From Erysipelotrichaceae bacterium (GTDB taxonomy: Bacteria > Bacillota_I > Bacilli_A > Erysipelotrichales > Erysipelotrichaceae), in assembly GCA_016280635.1 (NCBI GenBank), contig JAEEHC010000059.1, positions 6,787 to 70,786 on the forward strand: a stretch of 64,000 nucleotides of DNA, written 5' to 3'. The position numbers and the translations under genes were made by a program. Every line of letters begins with the position of its first letter. Position 1 is the first letter of the stretch. This document shows, piece by piece, positions 27,763 through 36,966 of this stretch. The notes under the pieces were generated by a model that saw only the letters and a list, made by a program, of their open reading frames with translations, had not been told where the DNA came from and ran no database searches.

Positions 27763-29070
27763 TTACTCGTCCGGAGTAACGTACATGCAGTTGTACACTC
27801 TCCGCTCTCCTGTATGGTTATAACTGACGGGGTTATTGATTAATAATCCGTTTTCCACCAGCATCGTGGAACCGCCGCCGTCCAGATTGGCCGCGTTGTA
27901 GCAGCCGTAGCGGACAAAGATCTCGGTAAGATCCGGCATCGAGATGCCGGCGGAACCGCCGCCGCCGCGGCCGTCAATGGTAACGATCAGAACGATGCCG
28001 TCCTGCCGCTGACCGATGGCCGTACGCGGATTGATGCCGTAGCCACCGTTACCCTTGAATTCAGCCGGCTTGCCGTTGACGATCAGGTAGGGGCCGAAGC
28101 AGACTGCCCACTTATAGCCGTCCGCCACTCCCTCGGCTGCCGTTTCCGTCTTGAGCATCAGAATGCCGTCATAGGTCATGCCGATCAGTTTGGAATATTT
28201 GTAGTCCTTTTCCGTTCCACCCTCGTTGACGACCTTGCCTTCGCAGATGATGGAATTATAGGGGTGCATGGCCGTAAAGCCGGAGTTCCACTCCGCCGGG
28301 CCGCAGTTGGCGGCGATCGGCGCATTGAGCCGCTTGGCGTATTTGGTGATCGGCTCACCCTTGGCGGTCTGTGCCATCGCCAGATTAAGCCGCTTGGAAT
28401 CGTAGATGACGGTGATGAAGCCGGTATAGCGGTCTTCATCCAGTTTGATGATCTTGTAGACCTGGTTTGGGTCATCGCGCTTGAGGATCTGTTCCTCATA
28501 GATGGAGTCGTAGGTCTCCTTGTCGCCATAGTCGACAAAGTGAATGGCCGAAGCATCGGTGTCATCATCAAATTCGCTGATGGTATTGCGGGCCTGGACC
28601 TGCTTGACCATGTTATCGCTGTAAAGCACATAGGCAAAGTGCTTGTGGGTAGCGGTATTCAGAGCGGTCAGAACCAGCCAGTCGCGGAAGAAGGTAAAGG
28701 GACCGTAGGCGGTCACAAAGCAGATCACGGCGCACAGGTCAACGACCAATAACAGCTTGGTGAAAAGCTTAAGACCCTTCTTCGGCTTTTTGGTCTCAAC
28801 GACGGTTTCTTCTTCGGTTGTCTCTTCACTCTGTTCTTGAACAGTCTCAACAGGCTGGGGCTGCTCGACTTGCTGCGGCTGAACTTCCGGCTCAGCGATA
28901 ACCTCGCTTTCAACCGGCAGCGGCTGGGCCGGAGCGCTCTGGTCGACAGGGGTCTTGACGACTTTCTGGCGGGCCTGTTCATAGGTCTTTTGGAAGCTTT
29001 CAGCGTAAACCGGGTCGGAATTCTGGATCTCGGCTAACAGGCGGTGAATTACGATCGGATTTATCTTCAT
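27763..29070 (-). CDS. Membrane-anchored phosphodiester glycosidase (NAGPA/DUF2233) family protein
   Basis: It has a P/Q/E-rich cytoplasmic N-terminus and a single TM. The C-terminal domain carries RTAIGQRQDG..VTIDGR...GISM.DL...F...GCYNAANLDGGGST. Confidence 0.8.
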   Translation of the reverse strand: MKINPIVIHRLLAEIQNSDPVYAESFQKTYEQARQKVVKTPVDQSAPAQPLPVESEVIAEPEVQPQQVEQPQPVETVQEQSEETTEEETVVETKKPKKGLKLFTKLLLVVDLCAVICFVTAYGPFTFFRDWLVLTALNTATHKHFAYVLYSDNMVKQVQARNTISEFDDDTDASAIHFVDYGDKETYDSIYEEQILKRDDPNQVYKIIKLDEDRYTGFITVIYDSKRLNLAMAQTAKGEPITKYAKRLNAPIAANCGPAEWNSGFTAMHPYNSIICEGKVVNEGGTEKDYKYSKLIGMTYDGILMLKTETAAEGVADGYKWAVCFGPYLIVNGKPAEFKGNGGYGINPRTAIGQRQDGIVLIVTIDGRGGGGSAGISMPDLTEIFVRYGCYNAANLDGGGSTMLVENGLLINNPVSYNHTGERRVYNCMYVTPDE

Positions 29071-29071
29071 G

Positions 29072-30469
29072 TTAATTCACCTCCGGTTGGGCCGGACTTT
29101 CCACGATGTAGGGGTCTTCCGGCGTGCCGCTTCCGGAAAGCAGCCTGGTCTGGCCGTTCATGCAGATGACGGCGCGGATGTGATGCTGGTTTTCCAGTAA
29201 GTCGGCATAAAGCAGGTTGTCATTGCTGACTGTATAGATCAGCTTGTCGGTGGAAGCCGACATGGTATTGAGGAAATAATCCTTCTGATCAGCCAGGAAC
29301 AGATAGGAATTATTGGGAATTGATACATAGCTCTTGTAGGTATTGGCGTAGTTATCCAGCGGGGAATAGCTGCCCTGGACGTCCTCATGGGCGCCATAGT
29401 ACCATTCGTTTTCGACCAGATAGGTCAGATAGCTGTTCAGCGAGGTCAGGAAGGTGTTGTTGAGATAACTCAGCACCCCGCCCTTGGCCTTGGCAGTGTA
29501 TTCGGCCTTGGTGCCGTATTCCATGACGACCGGCTGGCCATCCTGCTCGACCAGACCGTCCATGATCAGCACGGCATTGCCGTTGACGATGCTGTTGACC
29601 TTCCACTTATAGCCGCTGTAGCTGATCACGCTGCCGCTTTCCAGCGCCCGGACCGTCTTGGGCTCGTTTTCCGTAAGCACATAGGGATCTTCCTTGGTGC
29701 CGACACCGCCCTTGGCGATGACCGTACGGGTAATGGTCAGTACGACCCGAATGCCCTTGAGTTCGACCTTACTGCCGGAGAGGGCGACGTTGCCCTGACT
29801 GTCAACAAACCAGTGGCGGCCATTGCTGTCGGGGTTGGTCAGCCAGAATTCGCTGCCGTTATTGAGGTAGCTGTTGGCTCCGCCCAGCGTGCTGTAATCC
29901 TGCAGGGAAAGCAGCCTGATGACGATTTCATCGGTCTTTCTGCTGTAATCCGGCTTGGCCGGGTCATCAACGGGATTTTCATAAACCGGCGAATCAATGA
30001 GGAAATTAGCCGGGTTGTTCATGGTATCATAGAAGGCTCCGCTGTGCTCATCATCCGTCTTGTTCAGCCACTGGCAGATGCCGGACTGAGAGAAAGGAAC
30101 GGTATCGTACATGGTCCCGGCCGTGACCGGCTGCTGGGAGATTATGCGCACATTCCCCTCAGCGTCAACATCCATGATGCGGTAGACGCCGTTGGAATAG
30201 ATGACATAGTTGTTGCTGCAGTCGCCCTTGAAGGCGTAACTGCCGTCCTCATCATTTTTGATCAGGCCGTTATTGGTAAGAGAAACGTCGTGCGAGGCGA
30301 TGATGACGTCGGAAAAAAGCTTCCCGGCCGTATCGCGGGAGTTGAAGTAGATGTCATCAAAATACTTTTTATAATACAGCAGCCGGGCCAGATAGAAACC
30401 CAGGATGCCGACGACTAGAACCGTATTGATGATCTGGAAGGCGCGTTCCCTCTTCGATGTCTTCTTCAT
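29072..30469 (-). CDS. Membrane-anchored extracytoplasmic protein with two DUF6273-like repeats
   Basis: N-terminal TM. Each repeat ends in G(S/V)GT.EDPY(V/I) and contains LLS...Y......YLNNG..FWL. It is a paralogue of 38820-40187. Confidence 0.65.
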   Translation of the reverse strand: MKKTSKRERAFQIINTVLVVGILGFYLARLLYYKKYFDDIYFNSRDTAGKLFSDVIIASHDVSLTNNGLIKNDEDGSYAFKGDCSNNYVIYSNGVYRIMDVDAEGNVRIISQQPVTAGTMYDTVPFSQSGICQWLNKTDDEHSGAFYDTMNNPANFLIDSPVYENPVDDPAKPDYSRKTDEIVIRLLSLQDYSTLGGANSYLNNGSEFWLTNPDSNGRHWFVDSQGNVALSGSKVELKGIRVVLTITRTVIAKGGVGTKEDPYVLTENEPKTVRALESGSVISYSGYKWKVNSIVNGNAVLIMDGLVEQDGQPVVMEYGTKAEYTAKAKGGVLSYLNNTFLTSLNSYLTYLVENEWYYGAHEDVQGSYSPLDNYANTYKSYVSIPNNSYLFLADQKDYFLNTMSASTDKLIYTVSNDNLLYADLLENQHHIRAVICMNGQTRLLSGSGTPEDPYIVESPAQPEVN

Positions 30470-30718
30470 TTCTGCTGGTCATTCCCTTTCATGGTTAAAA
30501 ATAACCATTGTTTATTATAGAATGACCCTTTCATTAATTCAAACCATTTTCGCCCCCGGCAACCTACTTTGCGCATTTCACACAGTTTTCCCATCACAAC
30601 CGCGCACCAATAACATTTTTGCCTCTATGCAGCGATCTTTTCCACCTCTCATCTCCAGCAAAAATCAGGCTAAAAGAGGATCTTTGTGGTAAACTTAAGG
30701 CCAAAGGAGGAAGCGGAT

Positions 30719-31414
30719 ATGAAGGATGATTTCCTTAACGGCCTGCGTCAGGGACTGCCGATCGGTTTAGGCTATCTGTTTGTTTCCTTTGGCTTTGGCA
30801 TCTATGCCCGCGGCTGCGGCCTGTCAGTCTTTCAGGCAACCGCGGTATCATTTCTGAATCTGACCTCCGCCGGCCAGGCCGCCGGGGTAGCCATCATCGC
30901 CGAAGGCGGAAGTCTGATGGCGATCGCCTTTTCCCAGCTGGTCATCAACCTGCGCTATCTATTGATGGGCATTGCCCTGTCCCAGAAACTGGACGACAAT
31001 TTCAGCCTGCGTCAGCGCTTAGTAGCCTGCCACGGCATCACTGATGAGATCTTTGCCCTGGCCATCGGCCAGAACCGGCCGCTGACCGCGCCGCTGCTGT
31101 ACGGCATGACTGCCATCGCGGTAGCCGGCTGGACAGGTGGGACTCTCATCGGTTCTCTGGCCGGAAGTCTGCTTCCCGGAGTGATAACCGATGCCATGGG
31201 CATCCTTCTTTACGCGATGTTCATCGCCATCTTCCTGCCCCCGGCCCGCCGGCAGCTGCCGATAGCCGTTACCGTCATCGCCAGCATCCTCATTAACTGC
31301 CTGTTCTATTACCGCTTAAAAAGCGTTTCCGCTTCCATGGCCGTGATCATCAGTTCGCTGATAGCCGCCGTGGCCGTCAGCCTGATCTGGCCGGTAAGGG
31401 AGGAAGAAGCATGA
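30719..31414 (+). CDS. azlC: AzlC-family branched-chain amino acid exporter subunit
   Basis: An AAAGGAGG RBS precedes the ATG at 30719. The N-terminus is LRQGLPIGLGYLFVSFGFG. It overlaps the azlD start. Confidence 0.85.
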   Translation: MKDDFLNGLRQGLPIGLGYLFVSFGFGIYARGCGLSVFQATAVSFLNLTSAGQAAGVAIIAEGGSLMAIAFSQLVINLRYLLMGIALSQKLDDNFSLRQRLVACHGITDEIFALAIGQNRPLTAPLLYGMTAIAVAGWTGGTLIGSLAGSLLPGVITDAMGILLYAMFIAIFLPPARRQLPIAVTVIASILINCLFYYRLKSVSASMAVIISSLIAAVAVSLIWPVREEEA

Positions 31415-31710
31415 AGACGACGCTGTCGATACTGACGATGGCTCTGGTCACCTGGCTGATCCGGGCGCTATCGCTTACCCTGATAAGAAAGAAGATCACT
31501 AACCGCTTCATCACTTCGCTGCTGTACTATCTGCCCTATGGCGTACTGGCGGCGATGAGTTTCCCCGCCATCATGTACTGCTGCCAGAATCAGCTGGCCG
31601 CTCTGGCCGGACTGGCGTGCGCCGTCATCCTGGCCCTGCTTGACCAGCCGCTTACCACCGTGGCGATGGCTTCAGCCCTTACCGTACTTCTAATCAGCCT
31701 TATTGCCTGA
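31411..31710 (+). CDS. azlD: AzlD-family membrane protein
   Basis: 99 aa, hydrophobic, with a 4-nt overlap with azlC. Confidence 0.8.
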   Translation: MKTTLSILTMALVTWLIRALSLTLIRKKITNRFITSLLYYLPYGVLAAMSFPAIMYCCQNQLAALAGLACAVILALLDQPLTTVAMASALTVLLISLIA

Positions 31711-31735
31711 AAAAAGCTGCCTGAGCAGCTTTTTC
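31711..31735. terminator. Bidirectional terminator
   Basis: AAAAAGCTGC-CTGA-GCAGCTTTTT between convergent genes. Confidence 0.75.
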
Positions 31736-31736
31736 T

Positions 31737-32345
31737 TTACTTCTTATCGGTCAGATCCCTGATGATCCCGGCGACCTTGTCGACGGCCTTTTCGCCGGCT
31801 TCCAGTATTCCGGAGCCGATGCGACCGACATCGTCGAGGTCAAACTTGCCGTCATCACCCAGAAGAGCCTTGCCGGTGCCGCTGTCCTTGAACTTCTCCG
31901 CGGCTTCCCTGCTCTTTTCGCCGATCTTGGCACCAACACCCATCGCCGTCTCCTTCAAATCCCCGAAGGTCTCGGAGACTTCCTTTCTGGCCTTGGCAAA
32001 CTTGTCGGAAACCTGATCCTTCAGTTCCGTCTGCTTCTTATCGGTGCCGTACTTTTCCTTTACTTCCTGTCTGGCCTTCTGGTAGGCTTCGTTGGGTTTC
32101 AGGGTCAGCTGGACGCCTGATGAGGCATCAGCCACCTTTTCACCGGCATCATTCTTCAAAGTCTCGTTGAGGTCTTCAAGACTCTGGTGCAGCTTTTCCC
32201 GGGCTTCTTCAGCCTGCTGGGCAGCTTCCTGGAGGTGCTCGGATACCTTTTCACCGAGCTCTTCGGCCTTTTCGGTGATCTCGGCCTTCTTCTCTTCGAC
32301 GCTTTCCTTTACTTCAGCGATCTTCTCGTTTAATTCTTCATTCAT
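31737..32345 (-). CDS. K/E-rich all-helical protein of unknown function (stress-protein-like)
   Basis: 202 aa with no TM. It shows repeated amphipathic EK..E..EK periodicity. It lies 59 nt downstream of marR on the same strand. Confidence 0.6.
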   Translation of the reverse strand: MNEELNEKIAEVKESVEEKKAEITEKAEELGEKVSEHLQEAAQQAEEAREKLHQSLEDLNETLKNDAGEKVADASSGVQLTLKPNEAYQKARQEVKEKYGTDKKQTELKDQVSDKFAKARKEVSETFGDLKETAMGVGAKIGEKSREAAEKFKDSGTGKALLGDDGKFDLDDVGRIGSGILEAGEKAVDKVAGIIRDLTDKK

Positions 32346-32404
32346 TTTCTTTCATCTCCCGCTGAATAAATTATATTATCTGCGCCTTTTTCCGACAAGT
32401 CAGT

Positions 32405-33025
32405 TCAGATTTCCTGTTCTTCATCATCACTCTGCCTTACCGCCATGTCTTCCCAGCAATCCGGATGCCTTCTGCCATGATGGAAGGGCATCGGTCTGAC
32501 CTTCAGGGGACCGCTTTCCCTTTCAAAGCCGGACTGGATTCTTCTGCGGAACTCTTCCGGCATGTTCTTGGGCATCATGCCGTCAAATTTCCAGAATCTC
32601 TCATCCCTTTCATCGGCGGGATAGCTGGCGATGAGCTTGTCCAGCAGGGTTTCCAGCTGCTGCTTTTCCTCTTCACTGAGGCAGTCAAAGACATCCTCCT
32701 TTTCCTGGTTTTCCGCCAGCTTTTCCGCGCTTCTGCGGCCTTCTTCCGTCAGAAAGACCAGATTGGTGCGGCTGTCCTCTTCCGAGGTTTCCCTTCTGAT
32801 CAAACCGCTCTTTTCCAGCTTGCCCAGCATCTCGCCGGCTGACTGCGGACGGATGGCCAGAAGGTAGGCCAGCTGGCGCTGGTTCATGCCGTCCTGAAGG
32901 GATAACAGGGAGAGGATGCGGTTCTGGGTATCGGGATAATTGCCCTTGCTCTTCATTCGGTTGCTGCGCATCAGCGCGATGGTCATTCTGAATTTTTCAT
33001 GCAGTGTTTCGTTTTTTCTGTTCAT
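32405..33025 (-). CDS. MarR-family transcriptional regulator with extended C-terminus
   Basis: wHTH ILSLLSLQDGMNQRQLAYLLAIRPQSAGEMLGKLEKSGLIRR. Confidence 0.85.
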   Translation of the reverse strand: MNRKNETLHEKFRMTIALMRSNRMKSKGNYPDTQNRILSLLSLQDGMNQRQLAYLLAIRPQSAGEMLGKLEKSGLIRRETSEEDSRTNLVFLTEEGRRSAEKLAENQEKEDVFDCLSEEEKQQLETLLDKLIASYPADERDERFWKFDGMMPKNMPEEFRRRIQSGFERESGPLKVRPMPFHHGRRHPDCWEDMAVRQSDDEEQEI

Positions 33026-33041
33026 GTTGTTTGCTCCTTTC

Positions 33042-33101
33042 GTTGATTAAATCAGGTACCTGATTATATTATCATCATAATAAGGTACCTTGTCAATATG
33101 T
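33042..33101 (-). promoter_or_regulatory. marR promoter with three AGGTACCT-core palindromes
   Basis: On the minus strand, TTGACA (33086-33081), a 17-nt spacer, then GATAAT (33063-33058). Palindromes are TCAGGTACCTGA at 33042-33053 and AAGGTACCTT at 33072-33081 and 33092-33101. Confidence 0.6.
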
Positions 33102-33120
33102 AAGGTACCTTTTTTAAAAG

Positions 33121-33145
33121 AAAAAGGCACTGATGTGCCTTTGGG
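33121..33145 (-). terminator. Terminator after the carboxylesterase gene
   Basis: AAAGGCAC-TGAT-GTGCCTTT hairpin. On the minus strand it is followed by TTTCTTTT. Confidence 0.65.
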
Positions 33146-33154
33146 CTGAAATGA

Positions 33155-34483
33155 TCAGAACGGCCCCCGGTCAAACAGGAAGCTGCGCAGCAGTTTTCCC
33201 CGGGCAAACACCGGTGTTATCAGGGTCTGCCGACGCCGGGAGAACAGTCGGAAACGGCGGTGCATCAAACTGAAGGCCGGCCAGCGCTTCAGGCCTTCGC
33301 CATTGGGATTGCCGGTCTTGATGAAGTTGGCGGTATAGTCGATCATCATCGTGCTGATGTCCCGGTCTTCCTGGCTGAAGGGCCGCCAGCTCTTCTCCAT
33401 GTTGCCGAACATGTACCACAAATCGACGGCATGGAAGGCCTTATAGCTGTTGCCTGGCGGCGTGACATCAAAGTAGTAGCCGTACAGGGGATTGAGTTCG
33501 CGCCGGGCATGGTTGAGGGCCAGGCCATAGGCCAACTCAAAGATCATGAACGGGAACATGTCCTGAGAGGTCACCCCGATCAAAAGCGGTACGTTGACGT
33601 CTTCGTTGCGGCGGGCGATTTCATGGGGATAGTCGCGGACGATGGTGCCGTCGATGGCCGGAACGCCGATCTGCAGGCTCTTGGAAGCCAGTCGGCAGTC
33701 ATGCCAGGCCTGCCAGAGCTGGTAGGCATCGACTTTCTTCAATTGCTCGTCAGTCTGACAGCCGCACTTTTCCCGCACTTCATTCCAGAACGGCTCGTTC
33801 TGCTCTTTGGGAGCCGGACCGGCAAACTTGGGTATCAGGCCGGCACCGGACATCATGATGGCCGCCTTGATCAGTCCGGTCAGCCGGTTGTCCAGCAGAA
33901 GGTCAGCAATACACATGGCTCCGGCTGACTGCCCCATCAGTACGATGTGGTCCGGATCGCCACCGAACGCCTCAATGTTGTCGTGGAGCCAGTGGATGGC
34001 GTATTCCAGATCCTGCAGACCGTAGTTGGCCGAGCCGTACAGCCCGAAGACATTGAGCCGATAGCCGACGGAGACCTGAATGATCCCCCGGTCAGTATAT
34101 TCGTGGGAAGAACCGAACGGTTCATCATCGATGCAGCCGTTTTCAAAGCCGCCGCCGTGAACGAACATCACCACCGGACACTTTCCCGGTTTCCGGGGAG
34201 TCAGGATGGAAAGCGTCATCGGTGATTCCGCCCAGTCGGAATCGCGCATGTAGTCAAATTCCCGGTAATAGAAACCGTCTTCAGCAGCCTCATCGACATA
34301 TTCAAAGCGCTGATGGCAGTTCACCTGTTTCGCAGTAGCGTCAAACTCACCCCAGAAGGGAACCTCCCTGGGGGATTCAAAGCGCTCCGTTACGGCATAG
34401 GGGATGCTGTGGAATTCTCTTGCCCGGTTCGTTTCCTTCCCCTTTATCCGGCCAAAACGGGTCTCTACATAACAGTCCTTCAT
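33155..34483 (-). CDS. Type-B carboxylesterase/lipase family protein
   Basis: Oxyanion-hole VMFVHGGGFENG and nucleophile elbow GQSAGA. The ATG at 34483 has an AGAGGA RBS; the upstream GTG at 34507 has none. Confidence 0.88.
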   Translation of the reverse strand: MKDCYVETRFGRIKGKETNRAREFHSIPYAVTERFESPREVPFWGEFDATAKQVNCHQRFEYVDEAAEDGFYYREFDYMRDSDWAESPMTLSILTPRKPGKCPVVMFVHGGGFENGCIDDEPFGSSHEYTDRGIIQVSVGYRLNVFGLYGSANYGLQDLEYAIHWLHDNIEAFGGDPDHIVLMGQSAGAMCIADLLLDNRLTGLIKAAIMMSGAGLIPKFAGPAPKEQNEPFWNEVREKCGCQTDEQLKKVDAYQLWQAWHDCRLASKSLQIGVPAIDGTIVRDYPHEIARRNEDVNVPLLIGVTSQDMFPFMIFELAYGLALNHARRELNPLYGYYFDVTPPGNSYKAFHAVDLWYMFGNMEKSWRPFSQEDRDISTMMIDYTANFIKTGNPNGEGLKRWPAFSLMHRRFRLFSRRRQTLITPVFARGKLLRSFLFDRGPF

Positions 34484-34580
34484 TCTTATTTCCTCTTTCA
34501 GCGCCACTAAACAAAACTGGCGCCTTCTGTCTATTCCATTCTAACAGTACTTCCCCCTGAAAGCAATTTCCCCCGCCAAA

Positions 34581-35186
34581 TCAGCTGGTTATCAGGTAAA
34601 GCAGCTGATGAGCCGCCAGCCCCAGGGCGGTCAATACCGTCAGGGCCAGCAGGTTTCTGACCTTAAGAGAATTACGGCCATTGATCAGGAAGTAAGCAAC
34701 TGCTCCGATGACCATCATCAGCGCTATTCCGTAAACCATGTGCAGGTAGTCAGGCAGATGGATGAGCTTGATCCCGCCTTCACTGAAAAACAAGGCGCTG
34801 ATGAGACTGCGGCCAAACGGCTGCCAGGGGCTGTCATCCTTGCGGCCGTACCAGCCAGCCAGACCAGCCAGCATGCCGGCCGGCAGAGCCATGGCCAGCC
34901 AGAGGAAGAAATAGAAGTTGGTGATCATCGCGTGATCATTCAAACCCACCTCTGAGATGTAATAACCAAGCACGCAGCCCAAAAGGCAGCAGACACTCAT
35001 GATGACACCGCCAGTGCGCTCTTCCGCTGACCGGAAGCTGACCAGAAAAGCCGGGATCATCCAGACGGCCCCGCTGTTAGCCAGAAAATTCAGGTTTGGC
35101 GGAAGGACCTTCTGACCAAGCAGGGTCAACAGGCCGATAAGCAATCCGATTAAAAGGGAAATGATGAACTTGCGGCAATTGAACAT
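34581..35186 (-). CDS. Polytopic membrane protein of unknown function
   Basis: About 6 TM segments. A GGAGG RBS lies 7 nt before the ATG at 35186. Confidence 0.6.
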   Translation of the reverse strand: MFNCRKFIISLLIGLLIGLLTLLGQKVLPPNLNFLANSGAVWMIPAFLVSFRSAEERTGGVIMSVCCLLGCVLGYYISEVGLNDHAMITNFYFFLWLAMALPAGMLAGLAGWYGRKDDSPWQPFGRSLISALFFSEGGIKLIHLPDYLHMVYGIALMMVIGAVAYFLINGRNSLKVRNLLALTVLTALGLAAHQLLYLITS

Positions 35187-35245
35187 GGCTGGACCTCCGA
35201 AAAACAAAGCGGAAGGCTTTTCTGAAGTCTTCCGTCGTCTGAAAG

Positions 35246-35322
35246 TGGCGTCCCCGTCCGGATTCGAACCGGAGACCTTTCGCTTAGGAGGCGAACGCTC
35301 TATCCAGCTGAGCTACGGGGAC
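35246..35322 (-). tRNA. tRNA-Arg (anticodon CCU)
   Basis: The reverse complement reads GTCCCCGTAGCTCAGCTGGATAGAGCGTTCGCCTCCTAAGCGAAAGGTCTCCGGTTCGAATCCGGACGGGGACGCCA. It has a 7-bp acceptor stem, D and T arms (GTTCGAATC), an anticodon loop CTCCTAA and an encoded CCA. Confidence 0.93.
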
Positions 35323-35469
35323 ATCTTTATAGATTATATCATTTCTTTTATCATTTTAATTATCAGGATGATGACTTTTTCTCTCTTTTGACCTTTCCAT
35401 AGGCCTGTTGAGGTCAACAGCGCACAACCTGTACATCAAGATGTGCTAAAATACTATGGGTGATTATTT

Positions 35470-36210
35470 ATGCGCGATTTATATCTCAATAAGATCGTTG
35501 ATCTGACCGACCCTCAGTGCCAGTTCATTGAGGAATTCAACCGGGAGATCAAGAAATACGGAGCCATCGTCTATAACTATGACTCCAACTCCTACCAGTT
35601 CATCAGGAACTTCGACCACATCGACTGCAAGAAGGAGATCCTGCCGGATTTCATGCGGGTGGAAAATGCCAACGCCCTGCTAAACGGCCTGCAGCTGACC
35701 ATCCACTATGAATTCGACCCCGAAGAGGAGGAAGATGAGGAAAACCTGGAGATCTGGAATGAGGACATCTCCCAGATCGAACTGCCGGTATTCTGTTATC
35801 AGGAAGACGGCGAGATCGACATCGAAAAGTACATTCCCTATAACACCGATGTCAGCAGGCATGTCGTCTGGTTTCTGAAGAAGGAAAGCTATGACTTCAT
35901 TCTCGACTGCGACTTGCTGATGCTCACCCCGGTGATCAAGAACATCAATGTGGCCCGTCAGCTCATCACCAATTACGGCGTCCACCCCTTCCAGTTCACC
36001 TATGATCCTAAGGACCAGGATGGCTACGAGATACCGGAACTCTACGGTGTCTACCAGCAATTGCAGGAGGACATGGACCTGGCCAGCGGGCTGGTATTAG
36101 GCGATGACTACGATGACGAAACGGAAGACAATGAGGAAAAATGCTGCTGCGGGGAAGAATGCGAATGCCGCGGCGGCTGCGAAGACTGTTCAAACAACGA
36201 CAAGGCCTGA
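35470..36210 (+). CDS. Highly acidic protein with C-terminal Cys-rich tail, unknown function
   Basis: 246 aa with D/E runs (EEEEDEEN, DDYDDETEDNEE). The last 25 aa are CCCGEECECRGGCEDCSNNDKA. A strong terminator overlaps the stop codon. Confidence 0.6.
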   Translation: MRDLYLNKIVDLTDPQCQFIEEFNREIKKYGAIVYNYDSNSYQFIRNFDHIDCKKEILPDFMRVENANALLNGLQLTIHYEFDPEEEEDEENLEIWNEDISQIELPVFCYQEDGEIDIEKYIPYNTDVSRHVVWFLKKESYDFILDCDLLMLTPVIKNINVARQLITNYGVHPFQFTYDPKDQDGYEIPELYGVYQQLQEDMDLASGLVLGDDYDDETEDNEEKCCCGEECECRGGCEDCSNNDKA

Positions 36211-36228
36211 AAACAGGCCTTGTTTTTA
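36200..36228 (+). terminator. Rho-independent terminator
   Basis: 10-bp perfect stem ACAAGGCCTG / CAGGCCTTGT with an AAAA loop, followed by TTTT. Confidence 0.75.
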
Positions 36229-36954
36229 CGCGTTTACCTTTATCTGGCTTAACACCTCACCGACCTTGCCATAGATGACCAGATCAGCCTGCGAGTCGGA
36301 ACTGGTAGCCGACAGGTTAATGATCACCAGATGTTTGCCGCCAAAGTAATTGACGAATCCGGCAGCCGGATAGACGACCAGTGAGGTCCCGGTGATCACC
36401 AGGCAGTCCGCCTGGCTGATCGCCCTGATGGCCCCCATGACCGTATTGTCATCCAGACCTTCCTCATAGAGGACAACGTCGGGCTTGATGATGCCTCCGC
36501 ACTCATCACAATGCGGTACTCCCGGCTTAGCCATGATGTCCTGAAGGGAATAGAAACGGCGGCATTTCATGCAGTAATTCTTGTTGATGGTGCCGTGAAC
36601 TTCATAGACATTCCTGCTTCCGGCTACGGTATGCAGACCGTCGATGTTCTGGGTCACCACCCCAAGACTCTTGCCGGCCTTTTCAAACTCCGCCATCTTC
36701 AGATGGGCGGCATTAGGCTTAGCCTCAGGGTAAACCATCCGGTCCTTATAGAAGCGGTAGAACTCTTCCACATCGCTCTTAAAGAAGGAATGGGAGATGA
36801 TCCTTTCCGGAGGATATTTGTATTTCTGGTTATACAGGCCGTCGACACTGCGGAAATCAGGTATGCCGCTTTCCGTGGAAACGCCGGCACCGGTAAAGAA
36901 GACGATCTTATTGGATTCATCAAAGATCTGCTGAAGCTGGGCAATCTTATCCAT
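36226..36954 (-). CDS. cobB: NAD-dependent protein deacylase (short Sir2/CobB-type sirtuin)
   Basis: FFTGAGVSTESGIPDFRS, VTQNIDGLH and zinc Cys pairs CMKC...CDEC. Confidence 0.88.
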   Translation of the reverse strand: MDKIAQLQQIFDESNKIVFFTGAGVSTESGIPDFRSVDGLYNQKYKYPPERIISHSFFKSDVEEFYRFYKDRMVYPEAKPNAAHLKMAEFEKAGKSLGVVTQNIDGLHTVAGSRNVYEVHGTINKNYCMKCRRFYSLQDIMAKPGVPHCDECGGIIKPDVVLYEEGLDDNTVMGAIRAISQADCLVITGTSLVVYPAAGFVNYFGGKHLVIINLSATSSDSQADLVIYGKVGEVLSQIKVNA

Positions 36955-36966
36955 GTCTGTTCCTTT

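Noticed and set aside
30491-30508. Palindrome ATGGTTA-AAAA-TAACCAT upstream of the 29072-30469 gene as a shared operator of the paralogous modules
   Set aside because: It is real in the sequence, but no matching element exists upstream of the paralogue at 40187. It is short and AT-rich, so chance occurrence cannot be excluded.
36226-36954. Sir2-domain protein as a defence effector (Thoeris/DSR-like)
   Set aside because: It is a short 242-aa canonical sirtuin with an intact Zn-Cys4 module and no extra sensor or effector domain. Its G+C is normal and its context is housekeeping-like, so CobB-type deacylase is the simpler call.
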